Shown piece after piece: positions 28,898 to 39,687 of a stretch of 64,000 bases of DNA. Position numbers and translations under genes: made by a program. How positions within the stretch are numbered: the stretch's first letter is position 1; every line of letters starts with the position of its first letter. Under the pieces are notes generated by a model. That model ran no database searches. It saw nothing but the letters and a program-made list of their open reading frames with translations, and was not told the DNA's origin. This DNA is from Hyphobacterium sp. (GTDB taxonomy: Bacteria; Pseudomonadota; Alphaproteobacteria; Caulobacterales; Maricaulaceae): assembly GCF_965228115.1 (NCBI RefSeq), contig NZ_OZ245794.1:2335926-2399925 (forward strand), given 5' to 3'.

Positions 28898-30030
28898 GCG
28901 AGCTCGGCCCTTAGAGCGTCGGCAAATCGGTCGATATCGGCCTGGTCATTGTAAAGATGTGGCGTCACCCGCAGCCGGTCGCCGCGCTGTGAAACAGAAA
29001 CGCCGCGTGCTGCCAGGCGGCCGGCAAGATCCGCGGGCGCGTCATCCGGCAGAGCCAGGCAAAGATAGTGCGGGGCCCGATCCGGTGTGTCGCACCGGGC
29101 ACCAAGAGAACGCACCGCCTCTTCAATCGCGTGGGTCCGCGCGGACAATCCGGCCAGCAGATCATCGCCCAGACCGTTTAACCAGCGCAGCGAGGTCAAT
29201 GCCGGCCTGACTAGTTGAAAGGCCGAGCGCTCGCCCATGTCGAAGCGGCGCGCGCCCTCCTTATAGTGGTCAGCATAGTCTGCCAACCGAGTCAGATCTT
29301 CTGCGCCCTCGCGGACAATCCAGCCCGCCTCTAGCGGCTGTCCGCCTTGATGCTCCGGTGCGACGTAAAGATAGCCGAGCGTGTAGGGGCCCAGCAGCCA
29401 TTTATACCCTGCAGCAACGGCATAATCCGGCCGCACCTCTGCCATCGGAAACGGCAAAGCCCCTAGAGACTGGGTAATATCCAGGACAAGCCGTGCACCG
29501 TGTTCATCTGCAGCTTCGCGGACGGCTTTAAGATCAACCGTTCCACCATCGGCCCAATGCACCTGAGGAATGGCGACTATGCCCGATTGGGCGCTCAATG
29601 CGCCCAGCACAGCCTCGGTCCAGCTTTCATTGGCTGAGCGGCGAACGGTTTTCACCACAGCATTGCTCGCGGCGGCCTTGTCGCGCCAGACATAGACATT
29701 CGAGGGAAATTGCGCGTCCAGCACCAGTATTTCCTGACCGGCCGCAAGCGGTAAATTCCGGGCAGCAACCGCCAAGCCGTAACTGGCGGCCGGGATCAGG
29801 GCGATATTCTTGGCCTCGGTTCTGAAGGGCTTAGCGGCCTCGCCCCGCAGCGCTTCGGGCAGATCAAAAAAGTTCTCCTGAATATTCAGCTCCCACGGGC
29901 GCTGGCGAAGATCATAGGCATTTTGGCCTTCAAGCGCGGCGTGCTTGGGCATGGGCCCCATATATGCACAGTTCAGATATGCCAGATCGCGTGGCAAATC
30001 GAAGAGCGGGCGGATCTCGGAAGTGATCAT
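28894..30030 (-). CDS. Class-V aminotransferase-fold PLP-dependent enzyme (cysteine desulfurase / kynureninase-like)
   Basis: 378 aa with the AAGYKWLLGPY PLP-lysine region and the general class-V layout. Substrate unknown. Confidence 0.7.
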   Translation of the reverse strand: MITSEIRPLFDLPRDLAYLNCAYMGPMPKHAALEGQNAYDLRQRPWELNIQENFFDLPEALRGEAAKPFRTEAKNIALIPAASYGLAVAARNLPLAAGQEILVLDAQFPSNVYVWRDKAAASNAVVKTVRRSANESWTEAVLGALSAQSGIVAIPQVHWADGGTVDLKAVREAADEHGARLVLDITQSLGALPFPMAEVRPDYAVAAGYKWLLGPYTLGYLYVAPEHQGGQPLEAGWIVREGAEDLTRLADYADHYKEGARRFDMGERSAFQLVRPALTSLRWLNGLGDDLLAGLSARTHAIEEAVRSLGARCDTPDRAPHYLCLALPDDAPADLAGRLAARGVSVSQRGDRLRVTPHLYNDQADIDRFADALRAELA

Positions 30031-30154
30031 GAGGCGGGCACATGGCGCGGCGCGGCCGTCAGGTCAATTCACGCTTGCGGTTTGAACCGAAACAGTTTGC
30101 GAATTGACGCCGTCCATCCTCCGGCGTTAGGCCGGAAAAAAACCGGATCCGGCC

Positions 30155-31324
30155 ATGACCGAACTTACAAAACCCCAGCTTCGCCCCTTTGATCCACGCT
30201 TTTCCTGCGGCCCCACCAAGAAACATCCCGGCTGGTCAGCCGATCAACTGGCCAATGGCATGTTGGGCCGCAGCCACAGGGCCTCCGGACCGCGCCAGCG
30301 CATTGTCGAAGCCTATGAACGCACCGCCGCCCTGCTGGAATGTCCGCCGGACTATAAAGTATCCATGGTCGCCGGCTCCGATACCGGCGCGATGGAAGCC
30401 GCCATGTGGTCTCTGCTCGGCCCGCGCGGCGTGGACGTCTTTGCCTGGGATGTATTCGGCGGGCGCTGGACCAAGGATGCCCGTGACGAGTTGAAGCTCG
30501 AAGATCTGCGGATTTTTGAAGCGTCGGGTGGCGAAACGCCCGATTTCAGCCAGGCCGATACGGATCGCGACACAATTTTTACCTGGAATGCGACCGCAGC
30601 CGGCGCGCGCATCCCGAACACGGACTGGATCAAGACCGACCGCAAGGGCCTGACGATCGTGGATGCCACCTCGGCCGCTTTTGCGATGGAACTGGACTGG
30701 TCGAAAATCGATGTGCTGACCTATTCCTGGCAAAAATCCATGGGCGGCGAAGCCCAGCACGGTATGATTATTCTCGGTCCGCGTGCGCTGGAACGCCTGG
30801 CCACTCATGTCCCCGCATGGCCCGTGCCGCGTATCCTTCAGCTCCACAATGCGGAACGCACCGGCGTGAATGATGTGATCTTTGACGGCAAGACACTCAA
30901 CACACCCTCGCTGATGTGTTTCGAGGATTATCTGCTCGCGCTGAAATGGGCCGCAAAGGAAGGCGGGCTCTCGGCTCTGATCGCGCGGGTCGATCACAAT
31001 TATGCGGCCTTGGCCGAATGGGTGAACCGCACCGGATGGATCGACTTTCTCTGCTTTGATGAATCCACACGCTCGCCGGTTTCGGTGACGTTGAAATTCG
31101 TTGAACCCGGCGTGGCGTCTTTGGATCAGGACACCCAATGGTTGCTAACGCGCAGAATGGTTTCACTGCTGGAACGCGAAAACGCGGCGCTGGACGTTAA
31201 TCCGCACCCGTCCGCACCCGCTGGGCTGCGCATCTGGTGCGGCCCGACCATGGAAGCTGATGATATCACCGCGTTGGGCCCGTGGCTCGATTGGGCCTAT
31301 GCAATGGCTAGACAGGATATCTAG
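30155..31324 (+). CDS. serC: Phosphoserine aminotransferase (long alphaproteobacterial type)
   Basis: 389 aa. The N-terminus ..KPQLRPFDPRFSCGPTKKHPGW and the YSWQKSMGGE PLP-lysine region match. Confidence 0.8.
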   Translation: MTELTKPQLRPFDPRFSCGPTKKHPGWSADQLANGMLGRSHRASGPRQRIVEAYERTAALLECPPDYKVSMVAGSDTGAMEAAMWSLLGPRGVDVFAWDVFGGRWTKDARDELKLEDLRIFEASGGETPDFSQADTDRDTIFTWNATAAGARIPNTDWIKTDRKGLTIVDATSAAFAMELDWSKIDVLTYSWQKSMGGEAQHGMIILGPRALERLATHVPAWPVPRILQLHNAERTGVNDVIFDGKTLNTPSLMCFEDYLLALKWAAKEGGLSALIARVDHNYAALAEWVNRTGWIDFLCFDESTRSPVSVTLKFVEPGVASLDQDTQWLLTRRMVSLLERENAALDVNPHPSAPAGLRIWCGPTMEADDITALGPWLDWAYAMARQDI

Positions 31325-31397
31325 TTTTGCGCTTTGCGGCGGCGCACATTAGGGTAAACAAATGCGCGCTGCAGGGGCGTTAGTGAGGGGTAATAAT

Positions 31398-31967
31398 ATG
31401 AAATCCAGTGTTCTTGTTCTCGCGGGCCTGTTGGCTGTTTCGGCGCCGGCGCTCGCCGATGATCATGACTTTGAAGTCCGTCTCGGCGTGACCGCCCATG
31501 ATCTGGCCCGCAGCATTGAGGACGGGCCGAATGTCACCTTCGGTATTGTTGGTCCTGAGATAGAACCGTTGAGCTTCATCTGGTCGCCGCGGCCTTATGC
31601 CCATATTTCGGTCAACACGGTAGGCCTGACCAATTTTGGCGGTGTCGGCCTGGAATGGGATTTTCCGCTCTCGGATGTGATTTCTTTTCAGCCCGCTTTT
31701 GGCATTGCCTATCATGATGGCGTCAACGACATCGATCCGAATGCGCCGCCCGGGGATCCAAATCGTATCCGGCTGGCGACCACACGCGCTCTTCTGGGCG
31801 AACATGTGCTGTTTCATTCCACATTCGCCCTGAACTGGGAGCTGTCAGAGCAAATGACTGTGGCGGCTTTTTACGAGCATATCTCGCACGGCCAGATTCT
31901 GGGCAGCGGCCGCAATCAGGCGCTCGATAATGCGGGTATCCGCTTTGGTATCCGCTTCGGCGGATAG
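31398..31967 (+). CDS. Acyloxyacyl hydrolase / PagL-like lipid A deacylase, outer-membrane beta-barrel
   Basis: Signal peptide MKSSVLVLAGLLAVSAPALA, a C-terminal YEHISHG..AGIRFGIRFGG, and a GAGGGG SD before ATG 31398. Confidence 0.6.
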   Translation: MKSSVLVLAGLLAVSAPALADDHDFEVRLGVTAHDLARSIEDGPNVTFGIVGPEIEPLSFIWSPRPYAHISVNTVGLTNFGGVGLEWDFPLSDVISFQPAFGIAYHDGVNDIDPNAPPGDPNRIRLATTRALLGEHVLFHSTFALNWELSEQMTVAAFYEHISHGQILGSGRNQALDNAGIRFGIRFGG

Positions 31968-32067
31968 CCTTCAAATCTGTGTTTCTGGAGTTTGGGTGCG
32001 CCGCTGATCCGGGGGAGGACCAGCGGCGCGACGCAATCCGGGAGGACAGACAAAGGGACCGGGAGTC

Positions 32068-32607
32068 CTACTCCCCGGATTGCGTATTCGGATCGTCTTC
32101 CTGATGCACATAACGTCCGATGAACCAGTCGGTCCAGACCTCTTCAGCAGCGTCAAATTGCGTGAAATGCTGTGTCACGCTGCCATCCTCATTCAAAGTC
32201 CAGACGCCCCGGAACCCAAAGCGTTGATCATTGGCATGGTAATGGATTTCGCCTTCCAGAGCCATAGCGCCGTCGGCATCCAGACCACCGGAATAGTCAA
32301 TGAAGATTCCTGAGCTCATCCAGACCTGCCGCCATTGACCGGTCAGCGGGTCATAGAAATTCATTGAAAAGCCTTCGGATCCGCTGGCACCGGACCAATG
32401 TTCTTCAATCAGGCAGCCGCCTTGGGTTTTCCGGATGGAATTGGTCCCGGCCAATGTCCCGTCTGGCGAGTAGACATTCCATTCGCCGACCCAGAAATCG
32501 AAATCGCCGCGATGCGCCATCCCGTTGCAGGAGGGCGGTGTCTGCGCGCCAGCCGCAGCCGTCAAAGCGCCAGCAAAGGCGCCGGTCATTACAAGTTTGC
32601 GGATCAT
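32068..32607 (-). CDS. Secreted protein of unknown function (DUF1579-like pattern)
   Basis: Signal peptide MIRKLVMTGAFAGALTAAAGA and the FDFWVGEWNV motif. The assignment is tentative. Confidence 0.45.
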   Translation of the reverse strand: MIRKLVMTGAFAGALTAAAGAQTPPSCNGMAHRGDFDFWVGEWNVYSPDGTLAGTNSIRKTQGGCLIEEHWSGASGSEGFSMNFYDPLTGQWRQVWMSSGIFIDYSGGLDADGAMALEGEIHYHANDQRFGFRGVWTLNEDGSVTQHFTQFDAAEEVWTDWFIGRYVHQEDDPNTQSGE

Positions 32608-32713
32608 GGTTTTCCCCTGCACACATGGCCCTTTGTCAATCTCAGACTAGGCTGATAGACCGCGATTGGCGTCTCACAATCGCGTGAGTCTCCGCCGGTC
32701 CTGGGAGAGCAAA

Positions 32714-34003
32714 ATGGCCAATGTTACTGTCGTCGGCGCACAATGGGGCGATGAAGGCAAAGGCAAGATTGTCGACTGGCTGTCGCACCGGGCCGATGTC
32801 GTGGCGCGCTTTCAAGGCGGTCATAATGCAGGTCACACCCTGGTCGTGGGCGATCAGGTCTACAAGCTGTCGCTTTTCCCCTCCGGCGTGGTGCGTGGCA
32901 AGCTCTCCGTCATCGGCAATGGCGTGGTGATCGACCCCTGGGCGTTTCGCGACGAAAAGAAACGGCTGGAAGATCAGGGCGTGGCGATCACGCCGGATCT
33001 GGTGAAGGTCGCAGAAACCGCCAGCCTGATCCTGCCCGTCCACCGCGAGCTGGATGCGCTGCGCGAAAACCGCGATGATGGAATGGCCATTGGCACCACA
33101 CGGCGAGGCATCGGTCCGGCCTATGAAGACAAGGTTGGACGCCGTGCCATCCGGGTTTGCGACCTGGCAGACCCAGCCAGCCTGGAAGCCAAGATCAAAG
33201 ACCTCCTCCATCATCATAACGCCATCCGCCGCGGCCTCGGTCAGCCGGAAGCCGATTCCGCGAGCCTGATCGCAGAGCTCAACGACATTGCTCCGCATAT
33301 CCTGCCTTACATGGCGCCCGTCTGGAGGGATTTGGAAGCCGCCTTGCTGGATGACAAGAAAATCCTGTTTGAAGGCGCACAGGGCACGATGCTGGATGTC
33401 GATCACGGCACCTACCCTTATGTCACCTCGTCCAACACAGTCGCCGGACAGGCCGCGGCCGGAACGGGGGTCGGGCCACGTCATGCCGGCTATGGGCTGG
33501 GTATTGTGAAGGCCTATACGACGCGAGTCGGTGAAGGGCCGTTTCCGACCGAACTAAAAGACGAGACGGGTCAGAAGCTGGGCGAGAAAGGCCGCGAATT
33601 TGGCGTGGTGACCGGGCGCCAGCGCCGCTGTGGCTGGTTTGATGCGGTACTGGTCCGTCAGGCCATGGTGCTCGGCGGGATTGATGGCATTGTCCTGACC
33701 AAGCTGGACGTGCTCGACGGGTTTGATGAGCTCAATATCTGCATCGCCTATGACATTGATGGCGAGCGTTATGACCGCCTGCCGCCCGAACGGGGCCTGC
33801 AGGCCCGCGCCAAACCGGTTTATGAGACCATTGAGGGCTGGAGCGAGTCCACTTTTGGTGCACGCGAATGGGGGCAATTACCGGCTGCTGCGGTGAAATA
33901 TGTGCGCCGTCTGGAAGAGTTGATCGGGGTTCCGGTGGCGATGCTCTCGACCAGCCCGGAACGCGAGGATGTCATCCTCGTCACAGATCCCTTCCGGGGC
34001 TAG
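32714..34003 (+). CDS. purA: Adenylosuccinate synthetase
   Basis: [22 protein letters not shown]-loop and the [14 protein letters not shown] motif. ATG 32714. Confidence 0.97.
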   Translation: MANVTVVGAQWGDEGKGKIVDWLSHRADVVARFQGGHNAGHTLVVGDQVYKLSLFPSGVVRGKLSVIGNGVVIDPWAFRDEKKRLEDQGVAITPDLVKVAETASLILPVHRELDALRENRDDGMAIGTTRRGIGPAYEDKVGRRAIRVCDLADPASLEAKIKDLLHHHNAIRRGLGQPEADSASLIAELNDIAPHILPYMAPVWRDLEAALLDDKKILFEGAQGTMLDVDHGTYPYVTSSNTVAGQAAAGTGVGPRHAGYGLGIVKAYTTRVGEGPFPTELKDETGQKLGEKGREFGVVTGRQRRCGWFDAVLVRQAMVLGGIDGIVLTKLDVLDGFDELNICIAYDIDGERYDRLPPERGLQARAKPVYETIEGWSESTFGAREWGQLPAAAVKYVRRLEELIGVPVAMLSTSPEREDVILVTDPFRG

Positions 34004-34073
34004 CTGCACCTGACTTGAATTTAATCATCCGGAAGTCTCGCGGCGTGCATCTCTTTGCTAATCGCGAGGCTGC

Positions 34074-34820
34074 ATGATGACGAGTAAGACCACCTGCCTG
34101 CTGGATAATGCCGATTTGTCGGTTCGCCTGTCCTGGTATCAGCCCGGAGCGGTGATGACCGAACACGCCCATGATCTGGGTCAGGTATCAATTCTGCTGG
34201 CGGGCCGGTTGCGCGAAATTGCCAGAAACCACCGGGCCGACAGCTCGACGGCCTATATCGGCTTCAAGCCGTCCGGCCTGTCGCACGCCAATGTCTATGG
34301 CGAAGCGGGCGCGCTCATCCTGTCCCTGAACTTTCCTGATCAAAATTGTCCGGCCTCGCGCGGCTGGAACTGGCAGGCGGCGAGCCGTGAGGAAATCACG
34401 CTGGCCCGTCAGATTGCCGCGGAGACAGTCCCGGAAACAGAGCGCCGCCAGTTCGCGCTGGACCTGGCGGCCAGTGCGTTATCACATCAGAACACGGAGG
34501 CGATTGCCCCTGGCTGGTCGCGTCAACTGCGCGATCAGATCGAGGCGGGGGTACCGGTCGATCTCAATCGGGCCGGCCAGAACTTTGGCCTGCACCCCGC
34601 TCACATTTCGCGCGGCTTTCGCAAATGGTTCGGGGCTCCACCCAGCCTTTATGCGCTGCGTTGCCGGATGAGCCGCGCCGTGGAGGCGCTTGCGGCGGGT
34701 GAGGCGGCTGCGGATGCGGCGCTGGATGCCGGATTTGCCGATCAGAGTCATCTGATCCGCACGCTTAAACGTGAAACCGGCTTCACGCCGAAACAGCTGA
34801 CCCGTCTTCTCGCGGCCTGA
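34074..34820 (+). CDS. AraC-family transcriptional regulator (cupin N-domain plus HTH)
   Basis: The C-terminal AADAALDAGFADQSHLIRTLKRETGFTPKQ is an AraC HTH signature. Confidence 0.8.
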   Translation: MMTSKTTCLLDNADLSVRLSWYQPGAVMTEHAHDLGQVSILLAGRLREIARNHRADSSTAYIGFKPSGLSHANVYGEAGALILSLNFPDQNCPASRGWNWQAASREEITLARQIAAETVPETERRQFALDLAASALSHQNTEAIAPGWSRQLRDQIEAGVPVDLNRAGQNFGLHPAHISRGFRKWFGAPPSLYALRCRMSRAVEALAAGEAAADAALDAGFADQSHLIRTLKRETGFTPKQLTRLLAA

Positions 34821-34895
34821 GGTTAAACGCGTTCAATCTGTCGGCTGCTGAACGCGGCTAAACCGGCGTCCGGGCTTCGGATTGGAGTAAAGACA

Positions 34896-36413
34896 ATGAA
34901 GAATATTCTGGCAGCCGGACTGGCCAGCATCGCGATGATGCCATCGGCAATGGCGCAAGACATTGAAACCGCGACCTCGCGCATGAATGCCTATCTGGAT
35001 CAGTTTTCCGATCTGGTCGGGCCCGGCTTTGCTGTTGTGGTCGTGACGCAAGACGACGTGTTGATGAACCGGGTCGAGGGCCTGCGCCGTGCCTCTACAG
35101 GTGCGCCGCTCACCGCAGAGACGCCGATCTATATCGCCTCGCAGACCAAGGCCTATATGGGCCTTGTGGCCGCTGCGCTGGATGAACGCGGAATACTGCC
35201 GTTGGACACGCAGCTTAATGCCTATTGGCCGGATCTGACCTGGCCGGAGGGTGTGGACGGGTCGGCCAATAAGTTGCGCGATCTGCTGACCCATGAAGTG
35301 CCCTTCAGCAATGGCGCGATCACCTTCCTGGAAGCCTATGTCATGCGCGTCGAGCCGGAGGATTATCCCGCCCTTATCGAGGCGCATTCCGAACCGCGCG
35401 AGCCGGGCTTTCAGTACGGCAATATCGGCTACAATGTTTATGGGGCCATTCTGGAAACTGTGACGGGCCGGACCTGGCAAGATTGGCTGGATGAGATCCT
35501 GTTTGATCCGCTTGAAATGGATCAGACCTCGGCCCGGACTTCGGACTTTCCCCTGGAGGACCACGCCTGGAGCCATATCTGGCAGGGTGAAGAGCTGGGT
35601 TGGCATGAGGTGCGCCCGAAAACCGATGGCATGATGCAATCAGCGGGCGGTCTGGTGACCTCTCCCGATGACATGATCACCTGGCTGCAATTACAGCTGC
35701 GCGGCGAAGCTCCGGAGGCGGGTTTGACCGCCTCCATGCTGACAATCGCCCAGACCGCCTATGCGGATACCAACCAGCTGGATGGCCGCAATGCCTATGA
35801 AATGCCCTGCCATGACTATTCGCTGGGCTGGAATATCTGCGAATTTCAGGGCTATGAAATCCACATTCATGGCGGCGGCTATACCGGCGCGCGCACCATG
35901 ATGGCCTATTCGCCCGATGCCGGCGTGGGCATCGCCGCCTTTGGAAATTCAGACAACATGACGGGTTGGTGGACGCAAACGGCTGTCCGTATGTTCTTCC
36001 AGTTTCTGGCAGACGATGAAAATGCGGACCGCATGATGGCCCACCGCGAACACTTCTACCGCGAACGCACCGCGGCTCTGCTGGATCGCCGTCAGCAGCA
36101 GATCGCCGAACGCAATGCGCAGGACTATTGGGAAGGTTGGGCCTGGAGCCCGTCAGCAGACGAGCTTTTGGTCTATGCGGGTGACTACCGGCCTGAGGGC
36201 CTCGATGCACCTGTGGAAGTGTCGGTAGAAGATGGCGGCCTTCTCTTCCGGATGGGCGGCTATCATTCGCGGCTTCGTCCGGCGCGGCTTGATCTCTTCG
36301 GAGGGCAGAACCATCCCTTTGACGCCGCCGACCGGTTTGATTTTCAGCGCAATGAAGCCGGTGAGGTGGTGTCCTTCACCTGGAATAATCAGACGTTTTC
36401 GCGAATGGATTAG
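34896..36413 (+). CDS. Secreted serine hydrolase of the beta-lactamase (class C / PBP4*-like) family
   Basis: Signal peptide and the SxxK motif in IYIASQTKAY. 505 aa. Confidence 0.75.
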   Translation: MKNILAAGLASIAMMPSAMAQDIETATSRMNAYLDQFSDLVGPGFAVVVVTQDDVLMNRVEGLRRASTGAPLTAETPIYIASQTKAYMGLVAAALDERGILPLDTQLNAYWPDLTWPEGVDGSANKLRDLLTHEVPFSNGAITFLEAYVMRVEPEDYPALIEAHSEPREPGFQYGNIGYNVYGAILETVTGRTWQDWLDEILFDPLEMDQTSARTSDFPLEDHAWSHIWQGEELGWHEVRPKTDGMMQSAGGLVTSPDDMITWLQLQLRGEAPEAGLTASMLTIAQTAYADTNQLDGRNAYEMPCHDYSLGWNICEFQGYEIHIHGGGYTGARTMMAYSPDAGVGIAAFGNSDNMTGWWTQTAVRMFFQFLADDENADRMMAHREHFYRERTAALLDRRQQQIAERNAQDYWEGWAWSPSADELLVYAGDYRPEGLDAPVEVSVEDGGLLFRMGGYHSRLRPARLDLFGGQNHPFDAADRFDFQRNEAGEVVSFTWNNQTFSRMD

Positions 36414-37519
36414 CGAGCGGGCCGGGCCTGCTGGCCGCGGATAGCGGCCAGCAAAGCGGGCTTCATCGCCAGCGCCGGGCGTTCGACAAGGACGCGCAAC
36501 AGCCAGCCGGCGAGCACTGACAGTGGCAGCATGATCAGGAACAGCTGGCCTGACCCGATCGCCGGGATCATCGCCAGCGCCATCTGCCCGATCGGCCAGT
36601 GAAGGATGTAAATGCCGTAGGAAATATCCTCGACCTCGCGCACGACCTGGCCGGTTCTTCCGGGGATGAACACATAACCTGCCCAAAGCGTGGCATAGGC
36701 CATGGCGACCTGACCGGCGACCATGCTGGAGGGTAAATCCCTCAGGATAAATGCCCACGCGGCTAGCATCAGCGCCCAGCCGGGGGCCAGCGGAATATAA
36801 TCGCGCCAGGCATACATGGCCGCGCCCACCATGAAGGCCCCACCAAAGCGCGCCGCCGCAAACACCGTGCCGCTGCCCACGCCTTCATAGGGCCAGATCA
36901 ATTCAGTGATGGATAGAAGTGCTGCACCGATAAACACCGCCAGAATACCCCAGCGGCTGCGGAAAATACCCGCCACCGCAAACACGCCAGCGGCCAGATA
37001 AGCCAGCAGCTCATATCGGATGGTCCATAAAGGCCCGTCCATTTCCGGTATCGGATGACCGGAGAACACGCCGGGCAGGGTGGCTTGCGGATCGGCTTGG
37101 GACAAAATCAAGACTGGAAACAGCCAGGTTTCGCCATGCGCGAAATAATCCTGCAGCGACAGCGACGTGAAGGTCGGTCCGACCAATAGCCACAGGATCA
37201 GCATGGCGGCGATCAAGCCCGGTAAGATGCGCAAAAAGCGCGACAGCGCGTAATTCAGCATGTCATTCCCGCGCATCACGCTGGCGGCGATCATATAGCC
37301 GGACAGGATGAAAAACCCGTCCAATGCAAACTGCACCACCCCGTCGAGAAACTCCGGGAAGACCCCATGAATGGGCAGGCCCATGGGCAACATGATGGCG
37401 TGACCGCCAAGCACCAGCAGCGCAAAGGCCGTGCGGATCGCGGTGAAGTTATTCTCACGCGACTCCAGCCGCCCATGTTCGCCTGTAAACAGGTATTTGC
37501 TCAGTTTTGACACGCTCAT
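36410..37519 (-). CDS. Acyltransferase family 3 (OafA-like) integral membrane protein
   Basis: 369 aa with about 10 TM helices. The N-terminal region NNFTAIRTAFALLVLGGH is typical of acyltransferase_3. Confidence 0.7.
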   Translation of the reverse strand: MSVSKLSKYLFTGEHGRLESRENNFTAIRTAFALLVLGGHAIMLPMGLPIHGVFPEFLDGVVQFALDGFFILSGYMIAASVMRGNDMLNYALSRFLRILPGLIAAMLILWLLVGPTFTSLSLQDYFAHGETWLFPVLILSQADPQATLPGVFSGHPIPEMDGPLWTIRYELLAYLAAGVFAVAGIFRSRWGILAVFIGAALLSITELIWPYEGVGSGTVFAAARFGGAFMVGAAMYAWRDYIPLAPGWALMLAAWAFILRDLPSSMVAGQVAMAYATLWAGYVFIPGRTGQVVREVEDISYGIYILHWPIGQMALAMIPAIGSGQLFLIMLPLSVLAGWLLRVLVERPALAMKPALLAAIRGQQARPAR

Positions 37520-37639
37520 AGCGCCGCCTCCGGCTTAACGGAGGGAGCAGCGCAATAAGAGGGCCGTGCGCCTGTGGCACGAAACCCAGCATTTTGTGAT
37601 AGTATGCTCGCCTTGAACGCTTCGGATCAGGAGAACACC

Positions 37640-38035
37640 ATGTTCGACACGGCCTCCACCACTGAGTTGTTTCTGCGGATTTTCGGTCTCTACTTCGTCG
37701 CCGCCGGGGCAGGTACTGTCATCAATCCCGGTTCCATGAACACAATCAGAACCGAGATGGAAAACAGCGCCATGCTGCGCTTCATCACCGGCTTTCTTGC
37801 GTTTGTAACGGGCGTCATAGTGCTGGCCATCCACCAGCCAGCCCAAGGCTGGACCTCGACGCTGGTGACCGCCTTCGGTTGGCTATCTTTACTGAAAGGC
37901 GTTGTCCTGTTTGTTCTGCCGTCCATCTCATTGGGTTTGATGAAGGCTGTTGCGTCAAATACCAACGTCATGCGGATCTACGCGCTTGTCATCGTGATCG
38001 TCGGGGCCGGGTTGCTTTATCTGGGTTTTGCCTAA
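37640..38035 (+). CDS. Small integral membrane protein, unknown function
   Basis: Four predicted TM helices, with an AGGAGA SD before ATG 37640. Confidence 0.45.
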   Translation: MFDTASTTELFLRIFGLYFVAAGAGTVINPGSMNTIRTEMENSAMLRFITGFLAFVTGVIVLAIHQPAQGWTSTLVTAFGWLSLLKGVVLFVLPSISLGLMKAVASNTNVMRIYALVIVIVGAGLLYLGFA

Positions 38036-38232
38036 ATCGCTTGCTTGCCAGTTAACGGGCGCTTGGAGCCCGCAGATTGCTTCAACCTTGTTTTTCGGGC
38101 GCTTCGGCGGTCAAAAGTTGATGTAGCGGTTTTTGATGGGTGTTGACCCACTCACCATGCGACCCCGGCTAAATCGGACGAGACAGCGGATTAAGACGGC
38201 CGGAGCAAAAATGGGCTGCGGAATGGTATCGT

Positions 38233-38868
38233 TCAGCCCGTTCTTGTCGCTGAAATCAACGCAAAGTTGGCGGCACGGATTTGCGTTGTTATCTCCGCAA
38301 CGCTGGCTGAGAGGTCTCCGCCAACCCAGGCCCGTATTAATCCGGCATGGGCTTCAGCAATCTGCCGGGCAACCAGTGGCGCTCGCGGCAACGTATCAGG
38401 CAATTCAGTTGCAATCATTTCGGTAAGAAGACTCATTACCCGCGACCGCATCGGGCCAGAAAAAGTATTTCGCGCCAGGGCCCGGTAGTCCCAGTAGTGT
38501 TGCATGAGGTGTTGAAGATTACCGGTGTCAGACTCTTCGCGCACCGTGTCTGCAAGAAGCTGAAGCGGCCCCTTCAGGGCTTCGACGAAAATGGCGTCTC
38601 GGCCATTGAAATGTTCGTAGAAGGTTGATCGACCGACATCGGCGATTTCGACAATATCAGCGACCCGGATTTGTTCATATGGCCGCGACAGAGCGAGTTG
38701 CGAAAATGCGCGTAAGAGGGCGTGTCGTGTGCGCCGCACGCGTCGGTCAGGAGCGGTCGATTTATCGGACAATTGTATCAATTCGTCTGCTTTCGGACTT
38801 TTTATAGCCGGTTTCTGTTCACTTCCAAGGGCGTTTCTTTTTCCTGTCAGGAATTGCCCTCGCGCCAT
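38233..38868 (-). CDS. TetR/AcrR-family transcriptional regulator
   Basis: The HTH region RVADIVEIADVGRSTFYEHF is typical TetR_N. Confidence 0.8.
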   Translation of the reverse strand: MARGQFLTGKRNALGSEQKPAIKSPKADELIQLSDKSTAPDRRVRRTRHALLRAFSQLALSRPYEQIRVADIVEIADVGRSTFYEHFNGRDAIFVEALKGPLQLLADTVREESDTGNLQHLMQHYWDYRALARNTFSGPMRSRVMSLLTEMIATELPDTLPRAPLVARQIAEAHAGLIRAWVGGDLSASVAEITTQIRAANFALISATRTG

Positions 38869-38882
38869 GGAAAGGAACGCTT

Positions 38883-39515
38883 ATGGCTATCCAGACGACC
38901 CGCTCCCCAGCCGGATTCGCTGAAATGACTCGCGCCGCCGGGCTCGTGATGGCGATTGCGTCCGGCCTATCGATCCTTTTCATGGCGCATCATCCAACCG
39001 GCATTGGCGGGCCTGGTATCAACCTGAACAATACGATTCATGCCGGCATGATGATATTTGTTGTTGTGATGCTCGCAGGTTGGACGGCTTTTACCGTGAG
39101 GCGCGGTCTGACCTATCTGAACCTCGTCGCGATCATCGCTTACGCGTTAAGCGTGCTCGGTCATCTAGGAGCAGCGCTGATTAGTGGCTTTCTCACCGAA
39201 CGCCTCGCGACAGTCGTCGCCCCTGCAGACTCACGCGATCTTTTCGCGCTCACAATGGTGACCAATCGCGTCCTCGCGGAAGCCGCGATTGTGGCGGCTT
39301 CAATCGCATTCCTTTTCTGGTCGATTGATTTGTTGATCCGCTTGCCCCGCCAAATCGTTCTGGCTGGCCTGGGCCTTGTTGCAGGGGTCCTGCCAGTAAC
39401 CGCGCTGCTGTTTGGCTGGCTTCAGTTGGACATTCAAGGCGCGTTTCTGATCTACGGAATGCATGCGCTTTTTACGGGCGCCGTTGGTATTCAATTGACA
39501 CGGCGCAAGCTGTAA
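38883..39515 (+). CDS. Integral membrane protein, unknown function, divergent from the TetR gene
   Basis: 210 aa with about 6 TM helices. Only 14 nt separate the two start codons. Confidence 0.45.
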   Translation: MAIQTTRSPAGFAEMTRAAGLVMAIASGLSILFMAHHPTGIGGPGINLNNTIHAGMMIFVVVMLAGWTAFTVRRGLTYLNLVAIIAYALSVLGHLGAALISGFLTERLATVVAPADSRDLFALTMVTNRVLAEAAIVAASIAFLFWSIDLLIRLPRQIVLAGLGLVAGVLPVTALLFGWLQLDIQGAFLIYGMHALFTGAVGIQLTRRKL

Positions 39516-39592
39516 CCAGCAGAGTCGAGCTGACCTGTTTTGGCTTCGCGCAAAAGGCTTGCCGGCCACCGCCGGGCCGCCTAGGCTTACAA

Positions 39593-39679
39593 CCATCCAA
39601 GGGGTGTCCGGATCATTGGGGTCCGGGCTGAGACTTTACCCTTAACAACCGGATCCGGGTCATGCCGGCGGCGGGATGG
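39593..39679 (+). promoter_or_regulatory. TPP (THI-box) riboswitch
   Basis: CCAUCC-AAGGGGUGU..(P3 hairpin)..GCUGAGA..ACCCUU..AACCGGAUCCGGGUCAUGCCGGCGGCGGGAUGG matches the conserved GGGGUG / CUGAGA / ACCC / ACCUGAUCyGGuUAAUGCCrGCG.AGGGA core. The P1 3' strand GGAUGG (39674-39679) overlaps the GGAG SD of the ATG at 39688. Confidence 0.85.
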
Positions 39680-39687
39680 AGAGCGCG

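Noticed and set aside
31998-32029. The 9-bp stem gcgccgctg/cagcggcgc between the convergent pagL-like and secreted-protein genes, as a possible terminator.
   Set aside because: It is a plausible transcript-end hairpin but has no U-tract on either side. I did not list it as a feature because the support is too weak.
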